Origin: Sphagnum compactum
Lineage: Eukaryota
Assembly (NCBI GenBank): GCA_965153455.1
Contig: OZ234493.1
Coordinates: 7,554,213-7,618,212 of the forward strand
Length of the DNA stretch: 64,000 nt
Reading direction: 5' to 3'
Shown here piece after piece: positions 12,775 through 27,470 of this stretch. Within the stretch, counting starts at the first letter, position 1; the number at the start of each line of letters is the position of its first letter. Below the pieces are notes generated by a model. That model saw only the letters and a program-made list of their open reading frames with translations, was not told the origin of the DNA and ran no database searches. A program made the position numbers and the translations under genes.

Positions 12775-15700
12775 GAAGGCCATTTTGACATCAGGTTACT
12801 TGAACATGATTACCAGAAAGTTTTCACCTCCACTGCAAGCTTTCCTTAAAGATTAAAGAAATTTCATAGATATATGCTTTTCTCTGAAATGTATGTGGAT
12901 TCTTTCAGAAATTTCCCACAAAACTGTAACTGGTTGGAACTGGTTACAATACAATGGACTCTTCAAGACTAGGAGCACCTTTCCTCATTACAGAGTTTCT
13001 AAGGTATTTTTTTTAGTGCATAGTTAGTGAAACATCTCTAGGGCATGGTTCTGGCAGTGCTCCAAAGTCTTGTTGCAAAATTGTCACATTATCTGGGGTA
13101 ATTCATATTTGAATTTTGTGATTCTGCTACTGAGGATGATCTGGCCATTGGAGCTAAATTGCTCATATAATATTCTTGTGGTTTAGAGGAGTAATTGTGA
13201 TGATTTCTCACTTTTGATGTGCAATATTTTCAATCATGGATACTATGTTGTTCTCTCATCAACCTGTTGCTTGCTGTTGGTAGTCTATTGAACCATCAAA
13301 ATCATTTACCATACATGGGGCATGAAGGTCACTTGTCAATGCTTCAATGAGACACTGCTTGGGTGTGCCAGAAGTATTCTCCTGACTACTAGTGTCTTGA
13401 TAAGTTCATTTTTCATATAAATTCAAGGACAGTTTTGAGAATATCTCCACTGGGATGCCAAAGCTTTAAAGGGCTCTGGTTCGAAGTAGAGAATTCTAGG
13501 CAGATGTGTATACAAGATAGTTGTATGGTATGGTTTGGAGAGGTGTGTGTTTTGCAGGTGTTCTGTTGAAGCAGTTGAGAAAGCTTTGGAATACAAGTGA
13601 CTTTGTATTTCTGGTTGCTGAAATTCACTCTGAAAGCAAGGCCATGGACAACATTGATGGCTGTCAGATTCTTCACTCAGAAGTTGGACAAGACAGTATA
13701 GCCTACTATATCTGAGCAGATGTGAATTCTTCCTGCAATACTGTCTTATCAACAAGAGATGGAACTCTAGAAATGTGCATAAAACAAGCCCTTCATCTGT
13801 GCTCTCATCTTCGTAGGTCTGCTTGCAGGTATATTTGATGTTGTGATATTCAGAACAGCATGAAGTTCTTCAGTTGAGCATATTGCATCTGATGCTCTCC
13901 TGAGGAAGGTCAGCTTAGCAGCAGATTCATGCAATAATTTCATCTTTCAATGGTTCCTTTTAAATGTAGTCAATTTTACATCATGTCATTTCTGTTATCA
14001 TATGATTAATTGGAATTTATTATTTATTGTGGGATGTGGGTCTTCCCTTAGAACTATCCAAAGTGTATACTTCGCGGATTATTATGTTATGCTGTGCAGA
14101 TTGTCTCACTGTAACAAATTTTATTTTATTTTATCATAAGCACAGTGTATGATACTCAGACTCATTCGAGATTAAATCTTTTGTTGTGCCTTCACACCTT
14201 GTAAGAGGATTTGCAATTTTGGACTGACTCCAATTTCATGTTATCATATGGTACTTGCTTTCATGTTGATTTCACCAAGGAATTTCTTCTGCAGGATCTA
14301 CCTCAGAACATGCTTCAGAGTATTAGATGAGATAAAAAGCAGTGTTGTTATCTGCACTGTTTGGAATGTTAAGCAGAACAGTTTCAGGTTTAGTGCTATA
14401 TCACTCTTTCTCTGTCCTCTCTGTTTCAAATCTTCTTCAAACTGCTGCAAATATCATTCAATATGGGCCATCAGTTCAGATAGGAGCTTGCTTGAACTGC
14501 TTTGAAGATGGAACAAGCAGCCCAATTGAATTATGTTGCAGCAGATGGTGACACTGCTGCCAACTGCTTTCAATTGAACCCCCCATTATCAACACCATAA
14601 TGACACGAGAGAGAGGGAGAGAATCAAGAGAATCTACTCACTCCATGAGCTCACCTGCCAAGGATAGCTTCATCCTGAAAACCAGTTGCAACAAGTATCA
14701 TATTTTCAGAAATCTCACAATTGATGCAAAAAATCTTAATATAAATGATCTATGTTGAGGTTGGTGGTTGGATGTTATGCCTGATAATTAAACATAGAAA
14801 AGAAGGCCTTCAATTAGCTGAGTAACACAAAACTAAGACAAGAGATGAATAAGGATTATGTAAGTTAATTGTTCTAGATGGCACACCATCTTAAACTGTG
14901 ATTTCACGAATTCCTTCCTTGTGTTGATAATAGGCACCTTCACTACTGCACAAGTATCATCTCCCTTGCAATCTCCTTTGTCATTAATTGGATTTAATTG
15001 CATAACCCATAATGCTCGCAAGCAATTATATTGTGAAAGCAAGGCCAAAACAAACAAATTTACATTTCACGTTAAAAAAATATGGGCCCAATGCACAAAA
15101 CAACCATTGGATGTGAGCTTCAGGGCACAACTTACTTGTTTAAATAAAATAGCCTAATTACAAGGGAGAGCTAAGGGGGTTTAGAGCACTTCTGGTGTGT
15201 GATGCTGATGTGAATTAGCAGACCAACCAGCCCAAATCACACTGAGGTCCTCAGCAGATTTCTGCAGAGGTAAGTGCATGCCTTGAGAACCTTCAATACA
15301 CTAGCGTGCAACAAATTTGACCTTAGAAATGTGCTTTGCATTAAGGAGACTGGATGCTTGCAATTAAAACAGTAACAAACAAGAGCATGCAGATTCTGCT
15401 TTGGGCAAATAAGAGTTGATAGAGCAAATCAAAACAGTGAAGGGGAGAACAAACCGAGAATAGACATGCGAAAATTTATTTCATGCAAGATGGAGTCCAG
15501 ATAAGTTGGCTACCAGTTTCAATACATAAGCCATCAATCACACTTATGCATGTGCCAAAATTCCTCATTTGGACCATTTTTGCCCTAAAACCAAGTGAAG
15601 GACATCCCTTGGGTCACATGGCACCTAAGAAAGAAACTGAATTGCAAAAGATTTTGCAAGCTACCCAAATATGGCAGGTCAAAGGTGGAGCATCAGCCAT

Positions 15701-16374
15701 ATTTAGGGGTCCTAGATTCAGAGATGAGGAGCAGAGTAGCATATGTCCTGTACTTATCATGGGAAGCCAATCTTGGACACCATATGCTCTACTTACATGG
15801 TAGAGGCTCAGCTGCTATACCTTCCCATCTGAGTCTGATATTTCTAGATTGACTGGTAAATGCATTGGTGATTGCAAAACACAGTTCATGTGCAAACAGT
15901 TTCATCTTAACTCCACTGCCGAAAGGTGTCCTCATTACTGTACTAGTCAAAACAGTAACAGGACTTTGGCAAAACGACATTATGAAGAGCTAACAAGGAT
16001 GTTCCACACCTAGACATTGCCGTGTTATAATGAACTTGAATGAGCCTGACAGTACTTACCATGGGAAGCCAATCTTGGACACCATATGCTCTACTTTGCA
16101 ACTTACAGCAGCTCAAGCATAGCAACAGCTACTGTTCTGACTTGGATCAACATTCTCTGTAACCCACCAATGCAAAGCAAGTTGTACACATAGCTGATGG
16201 GCAAATTCTATTAACAAAAATATGCAAGTACATGAAGATTAAAATGTCATCAATACCTCACATATCCACATTTAAAACTTTGGTATTTCTATCCATTCTC
16301 AGTCTGAGGTCTGGCTTCTTCAGAGATCAGCATCAATGTGACTGTTGTTGCAGGTCTCATTGGTGTGGAGCTTT

Positions 16375-19018
16375 CTACACTACTTTAGGGGGCTGAGGTT
16401 CTTTTTCTTTTTCTTCAGCAACTCGCTGACCAAGCCAAGCAGCCAAACGGGGATGTGTTATCAATGTTACAACCAGTCTTTGTGTGAACTCCATAGCTTG
16501 TCGTGTGGATTGAGCTGCACTTAACACGGCTGGTGTGACCACCTTCACTGGTACATTTGCCTGCTCCTGCAACATTGCTACAGCACAACCACAATAACTT
16601 ACCAATGAGCGCTGTAACTTGCTGTTTGCCCACGAAAAAAGTGGGCAGGCTTACCCATGGAAATCTGTAAACATCACCTGCTATTGAGTATCATGGCAAG
16701 CAAGAATATCACCCTTTAATATCATCCTCAGTACTGAGAACTTCTCCATACTAGAAATCTGAGTCAACCTGAATAGAATTGAGAGATGACCTGATAATAA
16801 GGCTTATAGAAATTTCAAATCTGACAACATATCAGCAAACAGGAAAAAGGGGGAAACCCAACCACAAAGAACAGAGAAAACAAAAGAACAAACTGAGAAG
16901 CAGTTTGAGCAAAACAGTGACAGATACATGTTCAGAGACCTCCAATGGCACCATGTATGGTAGTAACCAGCTCCCATAAAATTTCCACTGACTTCATCAG
17001 CTCCAAGCAGTGGGTGTGATTCAATGTCATACATTAACCAATGTGCTGAGTCAAAAGATCAGCAGTAACAGGAAGGCTCAGCCATGATGCTGGCGAGGGC
17101 AACAAAACTTAAATGAGAAAGATAACACCAAGGAAACCCATAAGAAAGAGGAACACGAAATGAGAAAGAACAAGAAAAATCAAACAAGGAGAAGAGAAGA
17201 GAGGGAAACAAGACACAGAATTCCAAGAGCCTGATCTTTTTGAGGACAAGAACATCCCCACTTTGGATTAAGAAATAATAATTTTGAAAATTCCAAAAGT
17301 GAAATCTTTCTCTGATTTCCTCTGAAATGGTAAGCCAGTCAACACATCCTTTTGCGAGGAATGTCTGTTGCTGAGAGATTACACAATGTTGCAGCACACA
17401 ACTTCAGCACCAATTATACAGAGGCACACTTGTTTCTGCTGGGAAGAACAAGCTTACAGATTGTCTGTGATGCAGCAAGAGCACCCATTCGTCGAATTCC
17501 AACTTCTGCTGCTTGGACAGCTCTGGCAGAGCTCCGCACACCATCTGAAATTTCTTGGCTGACAATACCCATAGAACCCATCTATTCTCAGACTTGGGAA
17601 AGCTCTCTGGCAGCTTTTGGCTATGGTGCATCAAACAACAACAAATGAATTCTGCTTGACTCTGTATGTTGACCATACGGACTTCGGACTTTTCCTCACC
17701 TCAAATCATTGAGTTCTAACGTAAGGTCACTGATCTCCATGCCTGAAAGCCGGATGGCTGCCATGGTGCTGGGCAACTCTTCACGAGCCACATCAGCCAG
17801 CTTCTCCATAGAAATGGCAGCTCTCCTCATTGCCTGAAAATTCAATCAAACTCTAAAGCTTCTGCTTGTTTCTTCAGGACTGTCATCAACCATAAGAACA
17901 AATACACTCTGGAGGTTTGATAGCTTATGACCAGTTCATGGAACTCTTGGCATCTACTGTCTGAACTGCTAGATTAACAGCTCATGGTGAGGAAACCTTC
18001 CAATACTCAAATTGATCATAGAACGTGTTTGCTTGCTCACAATTGATCAAATAGAAGGCACTTACATTCAGGGTCGGAATGGCTGTCATGAGTAAAGCAG
18101 TAAGAACTCCAGTTGTCTGCAACCACAGTTGCAAAGCATCCATAACTATGTTTATCTTCCATTGAGCTACATTCCTATCAGGCAAAATTCCAGTGCAGTA
18201 ATAGGCTTATACTATTTCCACAATTCCCTTTATTTCTGCCAACAAGCTTATCACCCTATTGATGCTTCCAGATATTGTGGACTGTGCAAAAGGCACTTGG
18301 AAGAGTGCATACAGTGAACAAGAATATGAAGATCTATACAGACCAGACAACCCATCTTTGCATTCTGAAACATACTTTATCCCCCATGGATACAGGAAAA
18401 AAAAGAGAGATTACCTTCGTGTACGGGAAACAAATTTGCAGCTGCTAAACAGGATGCAGGCTAGCAAGAAAGAGGCAAAATTGACAGGGCAGTATTTACC
18501 AGGCAGGCAATGAATCCCAGAAGAAAGAACGCTTGATCAACAGGAGTCATTTGATGAAGCCGCAGATGGAGAGGAAGAGAAGACTGTGCTGCTGCCACTG
18601 AAGTAGTTGAGGATTCATACACAGCTGCTGCTGGTCCTCCTGCATGGAAACTTTCATCCTGAGATTGTAGAGATGTGAGCCTGCTGGTAGGAGTTGATTC
18701 TGCAGCAATTGGATCGGCAGCATGCGCTGCTACACCCTCTGTTGCACTTGCTGAAGCCTTCAACAACAAAAGGTACTTCGCTGCTCCGACAGTTTTAATA
18801 GAAGACCTAATTTGAGCAAAACTTGGTCGCCATCGATACGGTTTCCGCAGCAGCCTATTATTGTGGCCGGCTTGGAACCCCAGAAAACTACTACTACTAC
18901 ACCCGTTGTTCATAAGCCTCATGCCTAAAGATGCATGGCCGCTGCTGTAGACAAACAACTTTTGACTGCTGCGCTGTGTCGCCACCACACACTGCGCATG
19001 ACTAATGCCTAAGACCAT
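16375..19018 (-). CDS. Probable plastid-targeted membrane protein of a conserved uncharacterised plant family, ~335 aa
   Basis: Exons 19018-18500, 18116-18066, 17833-17700, 17558-17458 and 16577-16375 (1008 nt, phases consistent). The N-terminus is S/A/R-rich like a transit peptide. A hydrophobic segment (FFLLGFIACLTTGVLTALLMTAIPTL) is followed by AMRRAAISMEKLADVAREELPSTMAAIRLSGMEISDLTLELNDLSQEISDGV. I recall this motif from an uncharacterised plant/cyanobacterial family (DUF948-like); not verified by search. Confidence 0.85.
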
Positions 19019-20749
19019 GGCAGCAGCAGCAGATCCGATCACAGATTCGGGAGAGGAACATCAATCGCATAACTGCTGTTGCAACCCCAATTCTTCTTCA
19101 CGGCCAACAACTCTTCTTCTGCTTCTTTGATCTTCTACAAATGCATTTCGTTACTACTAACAACAACGAAATTCTCTTTCTGTTAAATGCTTCCTGCCCT
19201 AGGTCGTCCGACGACGAGTTTGGAAACAACGACGTTTCTTCAGAAAAGTTCTTTAACAACAAACGACGACGACCTAGAGAAACAAACGTGTCACGAACTG
19301 AGCACTAAAAGTCATGCCATAGCTGCTGCTGCTGCTGCCGCCGCTGCTGCTACAACATATTATCTCCACAAACAAACTCGGTAAAAGCTAGTATCACCGA
19401 AACCTGGAAAAACAACAACGCGCTCCTCCAAGTCCAAAACCATTCCATTCGGTTGTACCTAACCAAAATCCCGAATCCGATGATACTTTCTTACATCAAA
19501 AAATTCCCGTGATGATTCAATGCAGCAGGAAAAAATTCAGGAATCATCCACACTTCCAAATACATACGTGAAGCGACAGGATTTCACGATGATATTACCA
19601 CTGCTCAAAAGAAAGAAAGAAAGAAAACAGAAGAGCAGCTCTTCGCCATAGCCAAAGAAAACACGTGCGCGCACAAGAAGGAAAACCAAAGGGCGTTCGT
19701 TACTTGAAGAAGGAGAAGAAGAAGACGACTCGCCAGATGTTTGTGGCGAGCCCCCAAAATAGCGGTGCCGCTAATTCCCGTGTCCGAAAGACGCAGAGAG
19801 CCACCAACGAGGTCGCTTTTTCCAACCGTCAGATAGAATTGTCGCGCATCTAAACCGCTGGTAGTTAAAACACCAAAATTAAGAACGCAATCGTGGTGCT
19901 ATCTGAGCCGTTCCATGATAACCCAGAGTAAGTCTACTCCAAATCCCTTATTTTGTTTTTTCTTTTTTTTAAAACACACAAAACACAAACACACACACAC
20001 ACAAAAGGGCCTACTTAATAATAAATAATAAATAGCTTTCACCTTTTTTGTGTATGTATATATAGTTTCACAAAATAAATAAACGAAAAAAATTAATTAA
20101 ATTATTTTATTTTATTTTATTTTATTTTCAAAAAGAGGTTTATGTATCTAGACATAAATAACACTGCCACATACACAGTGGCAAGCTGATCCATAAAGTA
20201 CCCTACCCTACAATTTTTACCAATTTTTGTCTTTGTGTTAAATAAAAATAGGCCTAGGGTTCCTATGTCTAGGCCTAGGGTTCCTAGGCTTAGGCCTAGG
20301 CCCCCCAATTTTAGGTTCCAAACACATAAAAGAATCAATCTCTCTCCCAACACTCACCCACTCACTCTTCTTTCCCATCCACAATTTTGTCATTCACACG
20401 TGATGATGGATGAATGAATGTCCAGAAGTTCATTAGGGCTCATCCTGCTTGCTGCCTCTTTAGTCATGAGTGCATCACTGGAATGAAAGAAAGAAAGAAA
20501 GAAAGAAAGAAAGGTGGTTGTTTTTTTTCCTCCTTCGATTTTTGGTAATGTAGACAAATTGGCAAATCATTCACAAGAAGATTTAGCCAAATTTGGTTAT
20601 AAAACTTTTAAGAATCCTTTTTGTATTTTGGCTACCACACTCGCTTCCATCCTTTCAACCAAATGAATGCCCTCTGGCTTGGCTTGGCTTGGCTTGGCCT
20701 GGCCTGACCCAGCCCTTCTCCAAAGACCTACCTACTCTCCATATTTTTA

Positions 20750-21300
20750 TTTTATTTTTGAGCTAAACCTCTATTTCTTAACAAACAAATTATATTTTCC
20801 TAAATAAACCTCCATCTTTTACCCAAAACTTTTATATCTTTCCAAATAAATTTTCATCTTTTAGCAAAACTTTTATTTTTTTCCAAACTAAACTTTTATC
20901 TCTTGATAAAACCTCTATATTTTTTGGTTAATTTTTTACATTTTGAAAAAAACCTCCATATTTTCCTAGTTTTAATATATATATCTCAACAAACCTTTAT
21001 ATTTCTTGGTTAAATTTTGAGCTTTCAACAAAACCTTTATTTGTTCATAGCAAAATCTCTATCTCTTGGCAAAACTGTTATCTTTGTTTATTTAAATTTT
21101 TATCTTTTGGCAAACCTTTTATCTTTTCCTAACTAAACCTCTATCTTTTGACAAAACCTTTTTACTTTTAACTAAAATTTTATTTCTTGACATAATCTCT
21201 TTACTTCCTAGTTAAACATTTCTATTTTCTAACTAAATTTTTATTTTTTGGCAAAACCTCTCTATTTCCTAACTAAACTTTTACCTTTTGACAAACCTAT
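20750..21300. repeat. Degenerate ~20-21-bp minisatellite
   Basis: Many diverged units of AAACCTYTATMTYTT(GGC/CCTAACT). Confidence 0.75.
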
Positions 21301-21879
21301 TTACCATCCATCCTTGTACCTATTTAGCACTTGCACATTGTCAATTTTGAACAATAAAATTAAAACATAAAAATGCAAATATTGCAAAGAACCTATAAAA
21401 TTTTATTTTAGTCTTATTTGAAGCCATGATGATGATAAATGTTAGCCCCAACTGTGATTAGTCAACTTTATGGCATTGATGTTATAACTTTGCTTCCATT
21501 TTAAACTAATTAATACACAATGTATTTAATTTTGCTAACCTAATTCAGTTAAGCAACAAGGAATAAAGTTAACAAATTTATGTTTTTTTTTTTTAATGTA
21601 CTTAAGCAATATGGTTTACATTTGAGGTTTTTCCTCATAACAATTAATTATGACTTTTGCATCTTTTATATTAATTTAAATCAAAGAGTTTGAGGGAATT
21701 TTATTATTTAAACATATATGAAGCAAGAAAATTTCATTTTATTTCTTTTGAAGGGGAATGAAAAAACTTCTTTTTCCATTTTTTTATTTAATTAACTATT
21801 AAATCAAGGGCTAATTCTTACGTTCATTCACTTATTTCCAATTAAATTTTTTTAAATGGAAGGTGTAATTAACTATTAT

Positions 21880-22510
21880 AAAAACTTTTTTATTTTGCAT
21901 TTGTACATGTTTATAACATTGTTAGGGTTTATGGCATTTACCACTATAATCATTTAGAGTTTTGTTATTCATTTTTTTAGTTAATTAGCTTTAAAATCTA
22001 GGGCTACTTTTTCCGCTCATTATTTTTTTCCTATTTAATTAGTTTTAAAATGTAGGGCATAATTAGCTACTATTAAAAAAATGTTTGGCACTTAAATATG
22101 TTTGTATAGTTGTTACAGTTTATGGCATCTACCATTATGATTATTTACGATTTTTTGTAATTATTTTTTGGGTTAATTAAATATAAATAAGCCTTCCACT
22201 CAATAATTTTTTTCATGTGATTGGTTTTAAGATCCAAAACATAATTATAAGAAAATGTTTTTCCATTTGTATATGCCCATATAATTATAAAGGTTGAAAA
22301 AATTTACAATTACAATTATTTAAGGCTTTTGTAAATTTTTGGATTAATTAGTTTTAAATCATTTTTCCACTAATTAGTTTTTTCATGTGATTGGTTTACG
22401 ATCCAAAACATAATTATTTGTTATAAGACTATTTTGTTTTCCATTTTTATACACTTATATAATTATTAGGGTTGAAAACATCTACCATTATGATTATTTG
22501 AAGCTTTGAG
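21880..22510. repeat. Diverged ~180-bp tandem array (about 4 units)
   Basis: Motif AGGGTT...CAT.TACCA.TAT.AT.ATTTA recurs near 21921, 22112, 22290 and 22467. Confidence 0.65.
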
Positions 22511-22999
22511 TTTAAAGCTTTATATCATGTCATACTTGCACGCATGGACCTATGAAAATCACCCAGTTTTGGTTGAAAATGATTTGGTGATGACCCAATC
22601 CAAAAATGCAATACTCATATCAACCCTAAACTATCAATTATTTTCATGACCCATGTGTAAATATCACACCAAGATAATGGTTTTATACCCTATGCATGAT
22701 CTACCTTCAAATTGGGCTTCAAAAGGATAGTAAAACGCAATAAACTAACACCTATCTTATGACCCAATAAGGTATTACAATTTTTCCTAAAATGTTAATG
22801 CATATTTCATTGGGTATTTCACACAATTCCAAGAACCCAATGTGTATTAAATGCCCATAGGTGGGTATTGCAAATTTTCCTTCACATCATGGGGATTTTA
22901 CAAAACACTATGTAAATCTTGCTTAAGAATCTTAAGATTTAACGATGTAAATGTGAAATTATATGCAACAACAAAAGATGATTATGATCCCATGACAAA

Positions 23000-24060
23000 A
23001 AGAATTATAAAAAAATTTAATTGCTTTATGTACATCTAAATGTCATAGAGGATCATGTCCTCAAATGTAAACCCTTCCCTCTATGAACATTTGTTGAGTT
23101 TACAAAATCCTGTCAAAAATGTCCACTACATATAATCCTATTCACAACTTAATCCCTATATGAAGAAAAACTTCTCTAAAACTACAATTCACATCACCCA
23201 TCATCCCAAGTGTTTGGCAATAAACTATTATCACCCTTGTCACATTCTTCACATGCTTGTGGGTATAGATGTGGTGATGCTTGAATTGGAAACATATTGT
23301 GGTCACCACAAATTCATCCTTCTTAATCCTATAACATCTGCATTCAAATAATAGCTTGCATCTCGTATGGGCTTTATGAAAAAACCCTAAACCAAACAAG
23401 AAAAAATTAAAACAAAATGGGTGGGTATGAAGGCATATTGCCCATGAATCATTTCAAATTCATGGAAATCAATGACCTCACTTATAAATTATTTTGTTTG
23501 ACTTATGTTCCTAATATGTGTCATCCCATGCCATTTTCAACCTCTTTGCATATATGCATCAAGTGTTACACATGAAGGTTTGCAAGTCCTCATCCTTTTC
23601 AATGCATGTGTGGGCATTGTGTGAGATGTTCCCAATCCCCCAAGATTGAATGTTCAAAACTTGCAATTGTTGATCTAGAGTTAATAACACTAAAGGGGTT
23701 TTTACATTTCAAAACTTCCTTTCACAAATAACTAAAGGTGATCCATTTTGCCCAGGCCTTCACGTGAGCTCAAATAATCACCTTTTGGTCATTTCATCAT
23801 TGAATCGCATGCATGTCACTAAGATGCATGCATTGATTTGAACATGGTCTTGGCAACAATGCCCCTTTAATGAATCAAAAGACAACCAAATTTGGTTTTT
23901 TACCACAAGCCCATGCATCTTCTTGAGATGTTGGGTGAACAACCATTTAGCAGCATTTGTTATGGAACATGTGCCAACTTTGCACACCCATTTTGACCCC
24001 ATCTCTAACCCAATTTGAGTTACTTTCAAGCTATCTTTGATACCTTAAGGGGTTTCATTT
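23000..24060 (-). pseudogene. Decayed coding remnant with a C2H2-like zinc finger, likely TE-derived
   Basis: ORF 24029-23778 contains WVCKVGTCSITNAAKWLFTQHLKKMH (C-x4-C-x12-H-x4-H). The downstream coding-like sequence is interrupted by stops. Confidence 0.35.
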
Positions 24061-25319
24061 GTTCCCTCAAATTGCCCCCCTTGAATCAACATCCAAAATT
24101 GAAATGAAAAAGAATGATTAATTTACATTTGACAGTACATTAATGTGTGTATTGCATAAACCCTAAACTTTAGGTATTACACAAAGAATAAACAAAAAAA
24201 AAATTCAACCTCCATTTCATTGTGAGATGGAAATTGAAATTTTTTTCTTATAAATTTGATCATGCAGCTTACAAGAGGAAACAACAAAAATATGAGATTG
24301 AAAGATTCCACCCAAATCATCACATTCTATTTCAAATATTTTCTCATATAGGTGAAAAATAATACCGACTAAACAAGCGATGTTTCACACAGAGGTCTAT
24401 TGAGTATATAAGCTAAAATGAGAATTCTATTATATGACCATTTTTGTACACATGAATTATCATTTGTTTCAATTGAGTTGAATTCAATGATTTGATGAAA
24501 AAGCATTACAACGAAAGTAAATAATGATCATTAAGTTACACATTGGAGCTAGGATATTCAACTTTTGCATCTAATCATATCTTATATCTACATGTAATGA
24601 AACATCTTGTTCATCAACCAATGGTTTTAATGAAACAACATGTTGTTGAATTGCAACTTTAGTTCCTTTTGAACTTCCTTCCCTAACTCAATGTAAATGA
24701 TTTTTTTTGCACCAACCATGTGGTGATAAATCCTAAACATTGATATATTTATATAAAAAAATAGAAACAAAAATAGAAAAATAAAACATAAACAAAAAAA
24801 GGTGAATTTAAAAAAAAAGAAAAAAAAGAAAAGAAACATGAAAATAAGAAATAATAATACTTAAGAAAAATAAAAGTAAATAGGAAACAAAAAAGAACAA
24901 ACAAAAAAAAATAGACAATACTCCAATGTGTGTCTTATTTCATTTTGTATTTCATTAGATTTTGTATGAACTTCAACAAATTTATCATGGTGAAAGTGGC
25001 CAACCCTTTAGTGAATGAAAACCAATTGCTATGAACATGAATTCACGAAAAATAATCAAATTCATTAACAATGAATTCACTAACAGCTAATTAAATTAAT
25101 TGATAATTAATTCGTGAGTTAGATTAACATCTTAGTTCAAAACTAAGTTAAGCTAACCATTAAACCATTAAGACTTAGAACCTATGTTAAATTAATGTAC
25201 CTATGAACCTAGTTTAATTTACGTTGGGCATCTAAAAATTTAACCCACCAACTTAAGGTGCCAATGTGAAGGTTTGAACCACTCATTCTATGTGTAGGCT
25301 ACAATATATTAAATTTGTA

Positions 25320-25780
25320 TGTTATTCTCATCCTAAATAAGACCTTAGATTATTCCTAAAATAATGTAGGAGACCTTAAACTATTATCATTTATTTTAAT
25401 TTCTCCACCTTATTATGTTATTTTAGATTATTCTACCCAAAGTTATTTGAAATTATTTGAAATTATTCACCCTATGATATTTTAGGTTATTCTACCCAAA
25501 GTTATTTGAAATTATTTGAAATTATTCACCCTATGATATTTTAGGTTATTCTACCCTTGATTATTCTCTATTAATTTAGTTTAGGCTATTTTAGGTTATT
25601 ATACCTTAAGTTAATATTAATTAACCAACTTTTGATTAATCCACCTTAGGATATGTGAGGTTATTATACCTTAAGTTAGTTTTGATGAATCCACCTTAAG
25701 TTATTAAAGATTATTTGACATTAAATTATTTTTGGTTAATCCACCTTAGGCTATTTTGGTTTATTTTACTCTATGTTAGT
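25320..25780. repeat. Degenerate minisatellite containing a perfect 59-bp tandem duplication (25428-25556)
   Basis: TTATTCTACCCAAAGTTATTTGAAATTATTTGAAATTATTCACCCTATGATATTTTAGG at 25428 and 25487, with a partial third copy at 25546. Confidence 0.85.
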
Positions 25781-27369
25781 TTCAACAGTTATGAATGATT
25801 ACTAAGACTATTGTTGTTTGAAACTAAGGTTGTTTTCTAGACACAAAAGGCTATGATAGATGCAAAAAACCATGTCCAATTTAACCACAATATCCACCAA
25901 AATCCCAAGAAGGTGAGTTTAGAAATGCTACTAAAATTGGCAGGTTTCCAATTACTAAAGCCATGGGTGCCTCGTCCTTCATTTCAACACTTATGTGTGA
26001 AAAAATCAAATTTCATTCTTGTGATAGATTTTACATTCTTTGTAATTGATTAAGTCGTTGTAGGAGATGTGTGATTTCTTTTCCAAGGTTCAAAATATGA
26101 AGAGTTTCATCACAAACTTAACATATCATGATTTAATAATAGAAATAGTGAATAATTTGTTCATTCATAATTTGTACATTTGACACATTAATATCATGCA
26201 CTGAAAACACATTTGACACATGGATTTATAGGAAGATGTGAAATTCATATGACATTCGTTCATTTATAGGTTCGTACTTCATTTGTTAACACATTTATGT
26301 GTGTGTCAAATGTTTGGTTCGATTGTATGTTACATCAAATTGTTGAAATTGTCACAAAATCTTCATCTAACTTCTCTTTCTTGATTTCTTATTGGTAAAA
26401 ATGTTCTATTGTTGTATTTCTTTCCTCCATATTTGATTTTTATTCAATAGTTGATTCATGAATGATTTCATTTCTTTTGTGCTCTAGCAAAACTTCCTCC
26501 ATTCACCTTGCCCAACTTTAAATAAACATACTTGACATAATGAAAGTTGTTAAACACAAATATTTTTATGTATACTTGTAGTGTCCAAGTCTTTGTAAAC
26601 TTGCATAACTTTGTTGCAAAAAAAACTTTTTATATTAAATTTAATCTTCAAAACCAAATTTGCTAGTTCAATGTCACTGATAAGGTCACCAAATTTAATA
26701 CCACTAAGAGAAAAGTTTGCGTGGAATGTAAAAATCAAATAATTAAGTATGTTGAAAGGCTTTACCAAATGTATTTAAAGATTCGAAAACAATATCTATT
26801 CAGAGAATTTGTAGAGAAATAGATAGAGGCCTTTGTGTGTGTAGGATCAACCATTACAAGAAGCCTTTATTTATATGAGTGAAAAAAAAACAAAGTTTTG
26901 AAGTCATATTTAGTTTTTTCTTTTTATTTGGGTTTTGTGTTTTGTTTGCACACTTACAACCATTGTGGTGAGTTGAGTTAGCTGAAATTTGAATAACGAA
27001 GGGGTTTTTTGATCATTCGTGTAATAATTTGAAACATTTTAAACCGTGATTTTTCAAGACTTTAATTTTTCATAACAATTAATGCTTGAAAAATCTTTTG
27101 ATCTTATGGAACCCTAAACCTTTAGTAATGTTGTTTACCCAACCATCATTAGCAGAAGATTTTAAGTACCAATTCATGAGCCAAGAGAGAAATGTTTTGA
27201 AGTGTAAAGTAAAACCCTCAATAGGAGTTTACTAGAATAAGGGCCTACATAAGGTGGAGGGAAACAAAGGCCTAAATTTGGTAAAGCGCACTGATAATGA
27301 CTTTTATAGAAAAAAGGTTTATCGAGTTCCAAGAACTGTTCAGAATTTTTATTTTTTCCTTTCATTCCT

Positions 27370-27470
27370 ACTTGCTAGGGTTTTTAGGGTTTAAGGATGT
27401 TTTAAGATTTTAGGGTTTTAGGATGTTTTAAGATTTTACGGTTTATGATTTTTATGGTTTAGGGTTTTAT
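27370..27470. repeat. Interstitial telomere-like (TTTAGGG) degenerate tract
   Basis: TTTAGGGTTT variants in tandem. Similar CCCTAAA/TTTAGGG clusters occur at 28012-28050, 28898-28929, 38491-38535, 38650-38690 and 40438-40460. Confidence 0.7.

Noticed and set aside
20750-25780. Regularly spaced repeats considered as a CRISPR-like array
   Set aside because: These are degenerate tandem minisatellites with no unique spacers or cas genes, in a eukaryotic context.
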